NCBI RefSeq assembly: GCF_000940845.1
Contig: NZ_CP010341.1
Span: forward strand, 390,001-422,000
Origin: Propionibacterium freudenreichii subsp. freudenreichii
GTDB lineage: Bacteria > Actinomycetota > Actinomycetes > Propionibacteriales > Propionibacteriaceae
DNA length: 32,000 nucleotides
Reading direction: 5' to 3'
The notes beneath the pieces are model-generated. The model was not told the DNA's origin. It did not search any database and saw only the letters and a list, made by a program, of their open reading frames with translations. Positions 16,772 to 26,348 of this stretch are shown piece after piece. Positions within the stretch are counted from its first letter, which is position 1. The number at the start of each line of letters is the position of its first letter. Both the position numbers and the translations under genes were made by a program.

Positions 16772-18088
16772 TCAGGCGACGATCGGCGCCCAGAAGAAGC
16801 CGAGGGCCACGGCGACGGCAATCGACACCGTCCCCGGAATCACGAACGGGTGATTCAGCACAAAGCGTCCCACCCGGGTCGATCCGGTGTCGTCCATTTC
16901 GATCGCCGCGACCGTCGTGGGGTAATTCGGCAGCAGATAGTAGTTGGCGACCGCCGGATAGCAGGCGAGCATCGTCGTGGCAGTCAGGCCGATCTTGGCG
17001 GCAACCGGCATGAATGCCGCGGTCGTGGCCGCATGGGAGAACAACAGGGGTGCGCAGAAGTAGAGGATCACTGCATAGAGCCACGGCACCTGGTGCAGCA
17101 GGCTGGAACCAACTGTCGTGATCTGGGACATGTAATTGTTGAAGAAGGTGGTGCCGAGCCAGGCCACGCCCATGATGCAGATGGCGGCAGTCATGCCAGC
17201 GCGGAAAGTGGACTGTGTCGTGACCTCGGACACCGGCTTGCGTGACAAGACGCAAATGATGGCGGCGGTGGTCATCATGATCACCATGATGGCCGACGAA
17301 GAATTGATGGGCGGGTTGCTCATGATGCCGAGCTGCTTGGAACTGATGGTGGCCCAGACCACGATGACCACCAGCGAGGCAAGGAAGATGAGCAGGCTGG
17401 GGATGGCGCTCGGGGCCGGCTTGAAGTCAGGCGCTGCGGCAGCGGCGCTGTGGCTCACAAGGCCCTTTGCCTCACGTTCCTGGTAGATCGGATCGTCCTT
17501 GAGCTCCTTGCCCTGACGCGATGCGACGATGGCGCCGACGGCACACCCGATGAAGGTGGTGGGGATCGTCACGGCCAACACCTGCAGATAGCCGATTCCC
17601 ATCGGTTCCACCACGGTGGTCATTGCCACTGTGGCGGCCGAGATGGGCGATGAGGCCACCGCGACCTGGGAGGCGACCACGGCGATCGACAAGGGACGCG
17701 AGGGTCGCACATCGTGCTCCTTGGCCACGTCGACGATCACTGGAATCACCGAATAGGCCGTATGTCCGGTGCCGCACAGCAGGGACAGCATGAATGTGAC
17801 GAAAGGAGCCAGATAGGTGATCTGCTTCGGATGCCGACGAAGCAGCACCTCGGTGAGGTGCACCAGGTAGTCCATGCCGCCGGCCACCTGTAGTGCGGCA
17901 ATGGTGCAGATCACCGGAATGATGATGCCGATAACCGACCACGGGACGTCCTTGGCGGCGTCGGTATGGAGCCCTGTGGCCACCAGGACCAGCACTCCGG
18001 CACCGCCCGCCAGGCCGATGCCGACGCCTCCAAGCCGTGAGCCGAGGAAGACGAAGATGAGCAGAATCAGCAGATGCACCCAGATCAT
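16772..18088 (-). CDS. anaerobic C4-dicarboxylate transporter, DcuA/DcuB family
   Basis: This 438-aa polytopic membrane protein has an N-terminus MIWVHLLILLIFVFLGSRLGGVGIGLAGGAGVLVL. Its overall hydrophobic pattern is typical of the Dcu family. Confidence 0.8.
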   Translation of the reverse strand: MIWVHLLILLIFVFLGSRLGGVGIGLAGGAGVLVLVATGLHTDAAKDVPWSVIGIIIPVICTIAALQVAGGMDYLVHLTEVLLRRHPKQITYLAPFVTFMLSLLCGTGHTAYSVIPVIVDVAKEHDVRPSRPLSIAVVASQVAVASSPISAATVAMTTVVEPMGIGYLQVLAVTIPTTFIGCAVGAIVASRQGKELKDDPIYQEREAKGLVSHSAAAAAPDFKPAPSAIPSLLIFLASLVVIVVWATISSKQLGIMSNPPINSSSAIMVIMMTTAAIICVLSRKPVSEVTTQSTFRAGMTAAICIMGVAWLGTTFFNNYMSQITTVGSSLLHQVPWLYAVILYFCAPLLFSHAATTAAFMPVAAKIGLTATTMLACYPAVANYYLLPNYPTTVAAIEMDDTGSTRVGRFVLNHPFVIPGTVSIAVAVALGFFWAPIVA

Positions 18089-18484
18089 GATGGCTTCTTC
18101 CGGAGGGGGATGATCTGATCGCGGAGGGTCCGTTGGGTCGATTCTGAGATTACGCTGACCGTGGCCGTATTGATTTGAAATTGAGAAAGTCGATGATCAA
18201 CGTTATGTGTCCCCTCAGGGCGGTGGTTACCGAGTGCGCGGCCGGGCCTGTGGGACGACCTCCTGGATGGTGATCGCCACGTTTCCGCTCTGTGGGGCGG
18301 GGCCCGCACAGCTGCACTCCACGGCCCGGGTGTCCCGGTCCTTTGAAGTGATCCGGCCGTCAGGAGGGCTGGTCGCTCGCCCCGGGCCCCCTCTTCAGCA
18401 CCCTTGTCAACGAGCCAGTCCCGTCAAGAGGCCCGCTGTGGCTTCCTGTCCTGCCCGCGTCTGCCACCGCGTGAACAACTACAA

Positions 18485-18760
18485 CTACGCCTTAGGGCGC
18501 GGACCGAGATACATCGCAAAATCCTCAACATCTTCAGGATCGGTGATCGACCAGATCTTGTCCGCATACTCCTTGGGGATCTTCACGCCCTTGAAATGGA
18601 GGTCTGACAGGAGGAGGCCCAAGGCGTCGTAAGGCTCTCCTGCCTCCTCGAATGCCCTCACCCCCTGAGCCTCATAACCATCAAGGAGGGCGCCAAACTT
18701 CGTCGTCAGGACTTCGAGCATCTCATAGGAAGTGGTCAGCGGCACCCGTGGCTGATCCAT
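18485..18760 (-). CDS. hypothetical small acidic protein (91 aa)
   Basis: An ORF with an ATG start and a plausible acidic globular composition. I recognise no family. It sits just downstream of a decayed ORF region (18736-19170). Confidence 0.4.
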   Translation of the reverse strand: MDQPRVPLTTSYEMLEVLTTKFGALLDGYEAQGVRAFEEAGEPYDALGLLLSDLHFKGVKIPKEYADKIWSITDPEDVEDFAMYLGPRPKA

Positions 18761-19217
18761 CGAGATCGACCCCCTTCATGGCGTGACGGTGGCAATGGCA
18801 TTGAGGCCACTCTCGCCACGGCTTGCCAGCATCGGTAAGTGGCATCTTCAACAGCTTTGACCGAATCTGGCAGTTTCCAAAACAGGAGTCCCCGAGAGCC
18901 TCCGGTCCCTGCTGCCGAAGGGCGAACATGATGGCCCTCGATCAATTCGTCAGTCCAGCCTTCGGGAAGGTAGCGCTTGGCCTTCAATGCCTTGAATGAT
19001 CCCTCGTTGACGCCATACCGCTCAGTATGGGCTAGTTACTTCTGTCGGACAGCCCCGCGACGGTATTAATACCAGCTCCTGACGTCGCTGGGTAGTTCGT
19101 CTTCGGTGATCTGGCGCAGGGTGCGGGCAGCGATTGCCGGAGCTCCGGGAGGTCGCCCCTCGTCCCATTCGTGTCACACCCCCTCACTAGAGTCATCACC
19201 GACAAGGGGGAACATCC

Positions 19218-19967
19218 ATGGCGCACCACAGATCAGCCGGCTGGCTCGCGCTGGCGGCATTCGTTGCCGCCAGCGTGCTGGTGGGTTGCGACCCGCCCGC
19301 GACCACAGGCTCGCCCTCGACGTCGGCGTCGTCCTCCGTCGCAACAAGCACGCCCACGCCATCCATCACCCAGACCAGTGCGGCAGGCGAGGCGGTGGCC
19401 ACCGGCGACGCGGAGGCCGTGCGCCAGCTGCTCAACACCTTGCCGGTGAAGGGCCGTGCCCCCAAGACGGGGTATGAGCGCAGCGAGTTCGGTACCGCGT
19501 GGAAGGACGTCGACCACAACGGCTGCGACACCCGCAACGACGTCCTGGCCCGCGACCTCACCGACAAGGTCTACAAGCCCGGCACCCACGACTGCGTGGT
19601 CGCCAGCGGCGTGCTGCACGACCCCTACACGGGCACCACCATCCACTTCACACGGGGCCAGAACACCTCCACCGCAGTACAGATCGACCACATCGTCGCC
19701 CTGTCCGACGCCTGGCAGAAGGGCGCCCAACAACTCAGCGCCGACCTGCGCACCCAGCTGGCCAACGACCCGCTCAACCTGCTGGCCGTCGACGGACCCA
19801 CCAACCAGCAGAAGAGCGATGGGGACGCCGCTACCTGGCTGCCACCGAACAAGGCATTCCGTTGCACCTATGTGACCCATCAGGTGCAGGTGAAGGCGAA
19901 GTACTCCCTGTGGGTGACCCAGGCGGAGAAGGCCGCCATCACCAATCAACTCGGCACCTGCAGCTGA
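19218..19967 (+). CDS. secreted lipoprotein with a DUF1524/GmrSD-C-type HNH-like nuclease domain
   Basis: It has a signal peptide with lipobox (LAAFVAASVLVGC) and a Ser/Thr/Pro-rich linker. The domain carries FGTAWKDVDHNGCDTRNDVL, IDHIVALSDAW and LLAVDGPTNQQKSDGDAATWLPP, typical of this actinobacterial family. A Shine-Dalgarno AAGGGGGA lies upstream. Confidence 0.75.
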   Translation: MAHHRSAGWLALAAFVAASVLVGCDPPATTGSPSTSASSSVATSTPTPSITQTSAAGEAVATGDAEAVRQLLNTLPVKGRAPKTGYERSEFGTAWKDVDHNGCDTRNDVLARDLTDKVYKPGTHDCVVASGVLHDPYTGTTIHFTRGQNTSTAVQIDHIVALSDAWQKGAQQLSADLRTQLANDPLNLLAVDGPTNQQKSDGDAATWLPPNKAFRCTYVTHQVQVKAKYSLWVTQAEKAAITNQLGTCS

Positions 19968-20056
19968 GCGCACAAGACCTCGGCACTCAGCGCGAAATGT
20001 CGTGGGAACAGATCCGCCCCATTCGACGTTCCATGAATGCATGCGAAGGAGGCGCC

Positions 20057-20299
20057 ATGATGAGCACCACACCGGATACCGAACCGACAACGACAGGTCG
20101 GGCCCACGAGAAGATCACCTCGACCGAACTCGTGCCCATCGCACCTGCCGTGAAGCACCACCTCAGCGCCACCCCGCCCGCGACCCGCACCTCGCCATCG
20201 CGGGGACACCTCGAGGCACTGCGCGAACAACTGGCCCAGGGCGACCTGTCCATCGATGACGCCGCCCGCCTCACCCGCGAATACATCGACAACATCTGA
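20057..20299 (+). CDS. hypothetical small protein (80 aa)
   Basis: GAAGGAGG lies 4 nt upstream of ATG 20057. Only the 3' part of the 266-aa track ORF is credible, because the rest overlaps the nuclease gene. No family recognised. Confidence 0.4.
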   Translation: MMSTTPDTEPTTTGRAHEKITSTELVPIAPAVKHHLSATPPATRTSPSRGHLEALREQLAQGDLSIDDAARLTREYIDNI

Positions 20300-20412
20300 G
20301 CCTGCCGAGAGCCCGCGTGGACGCGTCCCGACCACTCCCCGGAATAGTCGACGGCCCCATGGGTTGGTTCTTGTAGGGGCGCGATTCGGCGCGCCCCGGA
20401 ACAGGAGCACTC

Positions 20413-21427
20413 ATGGCACGCACGATGCACGCAGTCGTCACCCGCGACGGGGGCCCGCTCGACGGGTCGAACAGCCTTGTGGACGCCACCGTCGACGCCC
20501 CGGCGGCCCCCGAGGGGCACGACCTGCTGGTGGAGGTCCACGCCACATAGGTGAACCCGGTGGATACCAAGGTGCGTTCGGGCGGCAAGCCCAGCGACGG
20601 GAAGGTCCTGGGCTGGGACGCCGCCGGCGTCGTGCAGGGCGTCGGACCTGAGGTGACGCTCTTCGCGCCCGGTGACGAGGTGTTCTACGCTGGTGACCTC
20701 ACCCGCGCGGGCTTCCGATGCGGAGTTGCAGCTCGTCGACGAGCGTATCGTGGGGCATAAGCCCCACACCCTCGACTTCGCCGCGGCCGCTGCGCTTCCC
20801 CTCACCAGCCTGACCGCCTACGAGGCCCTGTTCGACAAGCTGCGCCTCACCGCCGACAGTTCCGGGACGTTGCTCGTGCTCGGTTCGTCGGGAGGCGTCG
20901 GCTCGGTGCTCATCCAGCTCGCCAAGCAGCTCACCCACGTCACGGTGATCGCGGCCGCATCACGCGAGGAGTCCACGCAATGGGCCGTCGACCTGGGTGC
21001 CGACCACGTGCTCAACTACCATGACGATGACTTTGCCGACCAGATCGTGGAATTGGCGCCGGGCGGTGTCGATGATGTCTTCAGCGCGCATAGTCGCGGC
21101 CAGATCCCCTTGTTCATCAAGGTATTGCGCCCCTTCGGGCAAATCGTCGCCATTGACGACGAACCAGAACTTGATTACTACGCCCTGAAGAACAAGGCGC
21201 TCACGTGGCATTGGGAATTCATGTTCGCCCGCTCCATGTTCCACGCTCCGGACCTGATCCGCCAGCACGAAATCCTGGAACGCATCGCCGAACTGGTGGA
21301 TACCGGCCGCGTGCGCACCACCCTTACCCGTGCCCTGCAACCCTTTGATGCCGCCCAGCTCCGCGAAGCGCACCGGGTGGTCGAGAGTGGGCACGCCCTG
21401 GGCAAGATCGTGGTGGCCCGCAGCTGA
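20413..21427 (+). pseudogene. zinc-binding alcohol dehydrogenase / quinone oxidoreductase family gene, inactivated by a nonsense codon and a frameshift
   Basis: The three track ORFs join into one MDR-family protein. An in-frame TAG (20548-20550) interrupts the conserved ...[15 protein letters not shown]. One extra T at 20713/20714 shifts the frame inside ...YAGDLTRAG|[17 protein letters not shown]. The remainder is intact (LPLTSLTAYEALFDKL, GSSGGVGSVLIQLAK, WHWEFMFARSMF, GKIVVA). Confidence 0.8.
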
Positions 21428-21682
21428 CACCGGCGTCCCGGGTGTGATCGGGGCCCTCCTGCAGCCAGAGATGGCGGTTTTCTCGGCGGCAGCAGTAGGC
21501 CAATCCGGGTAAGGTTCCGCAGCGGTGCGCCGGTGGTGGCGTCCGGGCGCAGGTCCGAGGTGGTGTCCAGGCTGGGCGGGCGTGCCGCTATGTTGCTTGG
21601 ACGCGTTGTCATGACGCGCCGCCCACCCAGCGCCAACCGGCCACACCTGCCGTGAACTGATCGCCGAACAGGAGACACCCCC

Positions 21683-22198
21683 GTGTCCGACACCCCCCGT
21701 CCGTCACATGATCCCCGCCCGAAGGTGACCCTGCGCACCGTGCTGATCGCGATCGGCGTCGTGCTGGTGGTGCTCATCGCCGGCGCCATCGTGGTGACCA
21801 CCCGCAACGCGTCCACGCCCGACACGAATCCCTCGCCGGTGGCGCCGGCCCCCGTGTCGACCACATCGAGTGGGGCGGTCGCCAGCCGTGCGGCGATGGT
21901 GGAGGAGGAGAAGCCCGACTCCGAGCACGTCATTGAGTTCCGGGCGACGACGAATCGTCCCGGTTTCGTGGTCTACCGCGTCACCGACGGTGAAGGAACG
22001 CGCGCCGATATGACGCAGAGCTGGTCACACGAGGAGCGCGTGAAGAACCTGGACGGCGTCTTCCTCAAGGTCAAGAGCCTGTCGGGAGGCGACGCTGACG
22101 CCGAGGTGAGCTGCCAGATCCTGGTGGACGGACAGGTGTGGGGCTCGGATTCCGGGTCGGGACGCGGCGCATTCAGCAAGTGCCTGTTGCGCGGCTGA
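21683..22198 (+). CDS. MmpS-like small membrane protein
   Basis: A single N-terminal TM (LRTVLIAIGVVLVVLIAGAIVV) is followed by a ~100-aa domain, IEFRATTN..VVYRV...SCQILVDGQVW....SKC, resembling the MmpS pattern with its two Cys. GTG start with AGGAG 9 nt upstream. Confidence 0.5.
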   Translation: MSDTPRPSHDPRPKVTLRTVLIAIGVVLVVLIAGAIVVTTRNASTPDTNPSPVAPAPVSTTSSGAVASRAAMVEEEKPDSEHVIEFRATTNRPGFVVYRVTDGEGTRADMTQSWSHEERVKNLDGVFLKVKSLSGGDADAEVSCQILVDGQVWGSDSGSGRGAFSKCLLRG

Positions 22199-22232
22199 CC
22201 CGGTCTCGGAGGTAGCCGCCCCGCGACGATTC

Positions 22233-22739
22233 CTACTGCTGATCGGGGGTCATCGTGCCCAGTTCGCCGTTCTCGGCCTTACCGACGGGCATCGGAACCC
22301 ACTGGATTCCGGTCTTGATGCTCAGTTCCTTCATCATCTGGCCGATGTGCATGAGGTCGGTGCCCAGCAGCTCGCCGGTGTACGGGGTGGACTCGTCCAT
22401 GCTCTTGAGGAAGCCGGCCATGTCGACGGGCACCTCGAGCGTGCCGTAGCGGTCGGAGATGATCGGAAACGGCGCGGCATTGGCCAGTGCCACCTCATTG
22501 GCCGAATCGCTCTGGTCGATCGAGGGGAGCAGCGGCGCGCCCAGGTCCTCGGAGCGACGCACCAACAGTTCACACAGGCCGACGATGTCCTGGGCGACGG
22601 GGTGGAACTTCTTGTCGTCCTCCAGCTGCAGGGCGTAGCTGCCATTGATCTCGAGCTGCACGGGCACCAGGCGCACCTCGGGACGTTCAGTGTCGTCGCT
22701 CTGGGGTTGATTGTTGGTCTGGCCCGGGTTCTCGATCAT
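22233..22739 (-). CDS. hypothetical acidic protein (168 aa from ATG 22739)
   Basis: A clean ORF with AGGAG 9 nt upstream of ATG 22739 (MIENPGQ...). No family recognised. Confidence 0.5.
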   Translation of the reverse strand: MIENPGQTNNQPQSDDTERPEVRLVPVQLEINGSYALQLEDDKKFHPVAQDIVGLCELLVRRSEDLGAPLLPSIDQSDSANEVALANAAPFPIISDRYGTLEVPVDMAGFLKSMDESTPYTGELLGTDLMHIGQMMKELSIKTGIQWVPMPVGKAENGELGTMTPDQQ

Positions 22740-22826
22740 GTGCGTGGTCTCCTGCCGTTGGCGCCCCCGCATGAGGGGGTTTGTGAGTGGTGGCCCAGCC
22801 TACCCATGACGGGTTTGCTGGGCGCA

Positions 22827-22932
22827 GGGGCAATGAAGGGCCCCTCCGTGAGGAGGGACTTTGGCGGGTGTCGCAAATGCCCATCTATTGGCGTCAGCCT
22901 CAATGAAGGGGGCATGCCTTGCCGGCCCCGCC
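22827..22932 (-). repeat. Two degenerate (fossil) CRISPR repeats beyond the trailer end
   Basis: 22827-22862 matches the 36-bp repeat at 27/36 positions, including a 17-nt identical core CAATGAAGGGCCCCTCC. 22897-22932 keeps the first 14 nt (GCCTCAATGAAGGG). They are separated by a spacer-sized 34 bp. Confidence 0.55.
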
Positions 22933-23340
22933 GGATTTAACCGTAGCGGGGGGAGCTGTGTGGGGGCACGTCTCGGCATCGCCAGTGCGTGACGAAAACG
23001 CCTTGTCATGGCGGTTGTCAGGTCCGGAAACGCCTAGGGCTCGTGCGCGGCCACGTGGCCTTGTCAGTGAGCGCTGATCGGGGTGACGGGTCCTCGCGCG
23101 GGTGGACGAGAGGGTGGGCGGTTGGACGGAATCGGTGGCTCTTGGCGCCACCGGGGGTGCGAAAAAGGGAAGGTGGGTCAGCTGGGCGTCTGCCCTACCT
23201 CCCACCTTCTCATGGCGAGTCTAGCTCTCGGCGCCGGCGGGAGTTCCGTGAGTTTCGGGACGTTGAACGGGTGGAGGGCTTCGCCCGGGGAGAGGGGCAA
23301 CGCCACGTCAAGGCGCCATCGTCTCCGAGAGCTGGCGCAA

Positions 23341-26300
23341 GCCTCAATGAAGGGCCTCTCCAGAAGGAGGGGCAATGGTTTGATCCATACCCGGAATGAT
23401 CGCTCTTTCGCTCCTCAATGAAGGGCCCCTCCAGAAGGAGGGGCAATCCGCCCGAACTCTAGGTTTCTGTGCGCACACCATGACGCCTCAATGAAGGGCC
23501 CCTCCAGAAGGAGAGGCAATACGGCAACCGTCCCTCGCCGAGCCGGGGCCTTGGTGCGGCCTCAATGAAGGGCCCCTCCAGAAGGAGGGGCAATTGGGCA
23601 AGACGACTCTGTCCACGATTGAGGGTGACGGCCTCAATGAAGGGCCCCTCCAGAAGGAGGGGCAATTTGCGATCATCTGGTCCACGTCGAGCCCGGTGCC
23701 GCCTCAATGAAGGGCCCCTCCAGAAGGAGGGGCAATAGAACGTCAGCCCCATACCCTCAAGCACCTGACGGAGCCTCAATGAAGGGCCCCTCCAGAAGGA
23801 GGGGCAATATCGTCTGCTTGGCAGTCTCCGGGATACCCCCAAAGATGCCTCAATGAAGGGCCCCTCCAGAAGGAGGGGCAATCCTACGGTTTGACGATGA
23901 GCAAGGGTGAGATCGAGCCTCAATGAAGGGCCCCTCCAGAAGGAGGGGCAATGTGGGGCCCTTCTTGATTTGTCCTTGTGGTACACAGTGCCTCAATGAA
24001 GGGCCCCTCCAGAAGGAGGGGCAATCTTATCGAACGGCGGAAACCAATCGGAACGGCCGCCGCCTCAATGAAGGGCCCCTCCAGAGAGAGGGGCAATTGG
24101 ACCTGCCCGCCTGGACCCTGCCCGCCGGCCACTTGCCTCAATGAAGGGCCCCTCCAGAAGGAGGGGCAATGCGAGGGCCAACCAAACGAACTGCCAACAA
24201 CAAGGAGTGCCTCAATGAAGGGCCCCTCCAGAAGGAGGGGCAATTTGAGTCGCGAAAAGCCTTTAACGAGAGCCACCCCTGCGGCCTCAATGAAGGGCCC
24301 CTCCAGAAGGAGGGGCAATCCCGAGCAGCGTCCCGAGCGGCGTTCAGAGCGGCGCCGCCTCAATGAAGGGCCCCTCCAGAAGGAGGGGCAATCTCCGCCG
24401 AGGTCGGTGGATTTTACAACGAGTGGGTGCCTCAATGAAGGGCCCCTCCAGAAGGAGGGGCAATGGTATGGTCGTCCACGGCGCTAGAGGGTAAGACCGG
24501 TAAGCCTCAATGAAGGGCCCCTCCAGAAGGAGGGGCAATCCGGACCAGCCAGATCGCTGGTCGCCGACGCGAAGCCTCAATGAAGGGCCCCTCCAGAAGG
24601 AGGGGCAATGCCCTCGGCACTGCTGGCGTGTGATCTGATGCGCACGCCTCAATGAAGGGCCCCTCCAGAAGGAGGGGCAATCACCTTGTAATCAAGTCTG
24701 TCAAGTGAGCTGGTAGGGCCTCAATGAAGGGCCCCTCCAGAAGAAGGGGCAATATCACCCCTTCAGCAGGAAGCCAGTGGACCTTACCGGCCTCAATGAA
24801 GGGCCCCTCCAGAAGGAGGGGCAATCCTGTGCAGTCGGTTTCCACCGTCGATGTCGACAGGCCTCAATGAAGGGCCCCTCCAGAAGGAGGGGCAATGGTC
24901 CGGTTCGTCGGGGTCTTCGAGCAGGGTGACGCGGGTGCCTCAATGAAGGGCCCCTCCAGAAGGAGGGGCAATGCCACGAAGGGTGAGTCGGTGACGGCGC
25001 GAGAATAGGCCTCAATGAAGGGCCCCTCCAGAAGGAGGGGCAATATTCGCCAGGTGAGCGGGAAGGGTGCAAATAGCTAGCCTCAATGAAGGGCCCCTCC
25101 AGAAGGAGGGGCAATTGTGCGACGCCCAGCCGGCGCCAACGATATTGTGGTCGCCTCAATGAAGGGCCCCTCCAGAAGGAGGGGCAATTTCAACGACCGG
25201 CCCGACGCCTTGAGCTCCTTGACGAAGCCTCAATGAAGGGCCCCTCCAGAAGGAGGGGCAATGGTGAGCTCTGACTGGATTGTGTTCATGTGGAGACCGC
25301 CTCAATGAAGGGCCCCTCCAGAAGGAGGGGCAATAGGAGGCGTCCGCCATCCCTTTTCCAGCCAGGCATCGGGCCTCAATGAAGGGCCCCTCCAGAAGGA
25401 GGGGCAATCTGGAGGCGCTGCGAGGTGCCGCCAGACAAGAGCCTCAATGAAGGGCCCCTCCAGAAGGAGGGGCAATTGCTTGCTCAGAGCTTGTCTCTTT
25501 TGGTCGTTTTGCGCCTCAATGAAGGGCCCCTCCAGAAGGAGGGGCAATTGCTTGCTCAGAGCTTGTCTCTTTTGGTCGTTTTGCGCCTCAATGAAGGGCC
25601 CCTCCAGAAGGAGGGGCAATTTGCTGTGCAATGGCAGTCACTCCCGGTGGTCTTGCCTGCCTCAATGAAGGGCCCCTCCAGAAGGAGGGGCAATTCTCCG
25701 CCACCAAGGCCAAGGAGACCCTGCCGCCCGACGTGCCTCAATGAAGGGCCCCTCCAGAAGGAGGGGCAATTTGTTTCTCCCTAAAACTTTAGTGTATATC
25801 CGACTTCTGCCTCAATGAAGGGCCCCTCCAGAAGGAGGGGCAATCAGAAGTCTGTGCCGTCCGGGCGAACAGACTTAAAGCCTCAATGAAGGGCCCCTCC
25901 AGAAGGAGGGGCAATAATAGGTGCGGTTCATGCCGCGACCGCGACGCTCGGGCCTCAATGAAGGGCCCCTCCAGAAGGAGGGGCAATCAGTCGATCCGTC
26001 TGTCGAAGGACTCGAACGGCCAGCCTCAATGAAGGGCCCCTCCAGAAGGAGGGGCAATGGGTTTACGCGAGGGTGAGCATCAATGCCTACCCGCCTCAAT
26101 GAAGGGCCCCTCCAGAAGGAGGGGCAATGGGATGGTTGGAGATGGTCCGCCCGATCACATCGACGCCTCAATGAAGGGCCCCTCCAGAAGGAGGGGCAAT
26201 GATTACGGCTTTTCCGTTCAGGAATTAGCGGACGGTGCCTCAATGAAGGGCCCCTCCAGGAGGAGGGGCAATCTCCTGCTCGTGGAGCCTGTAGGTGCCA

Positions 26301-26346
26301 TGTGGACCCCGCCTCAATGAAGGGCCCCTCCAGAAGGAGGGGCAAT
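23341..26346 (-). CRISPR. CRISPR array, leader-distal block: 42 repeats of 36 bp and 41 complete spacers
   Basis: The repeat is GCCTCAATGAAGGGCCCCTCCAGAAGGAGGGGCAAT as written on the + strand, with an internal hairpin CCCCTCC-AGAA-GGAGGGG. I located all 42 copies by hand. Spacers are 32-40 bp. Variant repeats occur at 23341 (T at 23357), 23412 (first base T), 23485 (A at 23514), 24062 (GA at 24086-24087), 24718 (A at 24744) and 26237 (G at 26260). Confidence 0.97.
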
Positions 26347-26348
26347 CT

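Noticed and set aside
16487-17942. Several ORFs antisense or out of frame within the Dcu transporter gene
   Set aside because: The transporter frame gives a coherent polytopic membrane protein; the others are compositional artefacts.
19499-20056. Upstream part of the 266-aa ORF 19499-20299, and the 285-aa minus-strand ORF 19233-20090
   Set aside because: Both overlap the well-supported nuclease lipoprotein gene in other frames or strands. Only the last 80 codons (from ATG 20057, which has a strong Shine-Dalgarno) lie in otherwise non-coding DNA.
22989-23421. ORFs of 112-136 aa between the hypothetical gene at 22233-22739 and the array
   Set aside because: They run through the fossil-repeat region and into the first CRISPR repeats (ending in ...LNEGPLQKEGQ), and their translations are Arg/Gly-rich noise.
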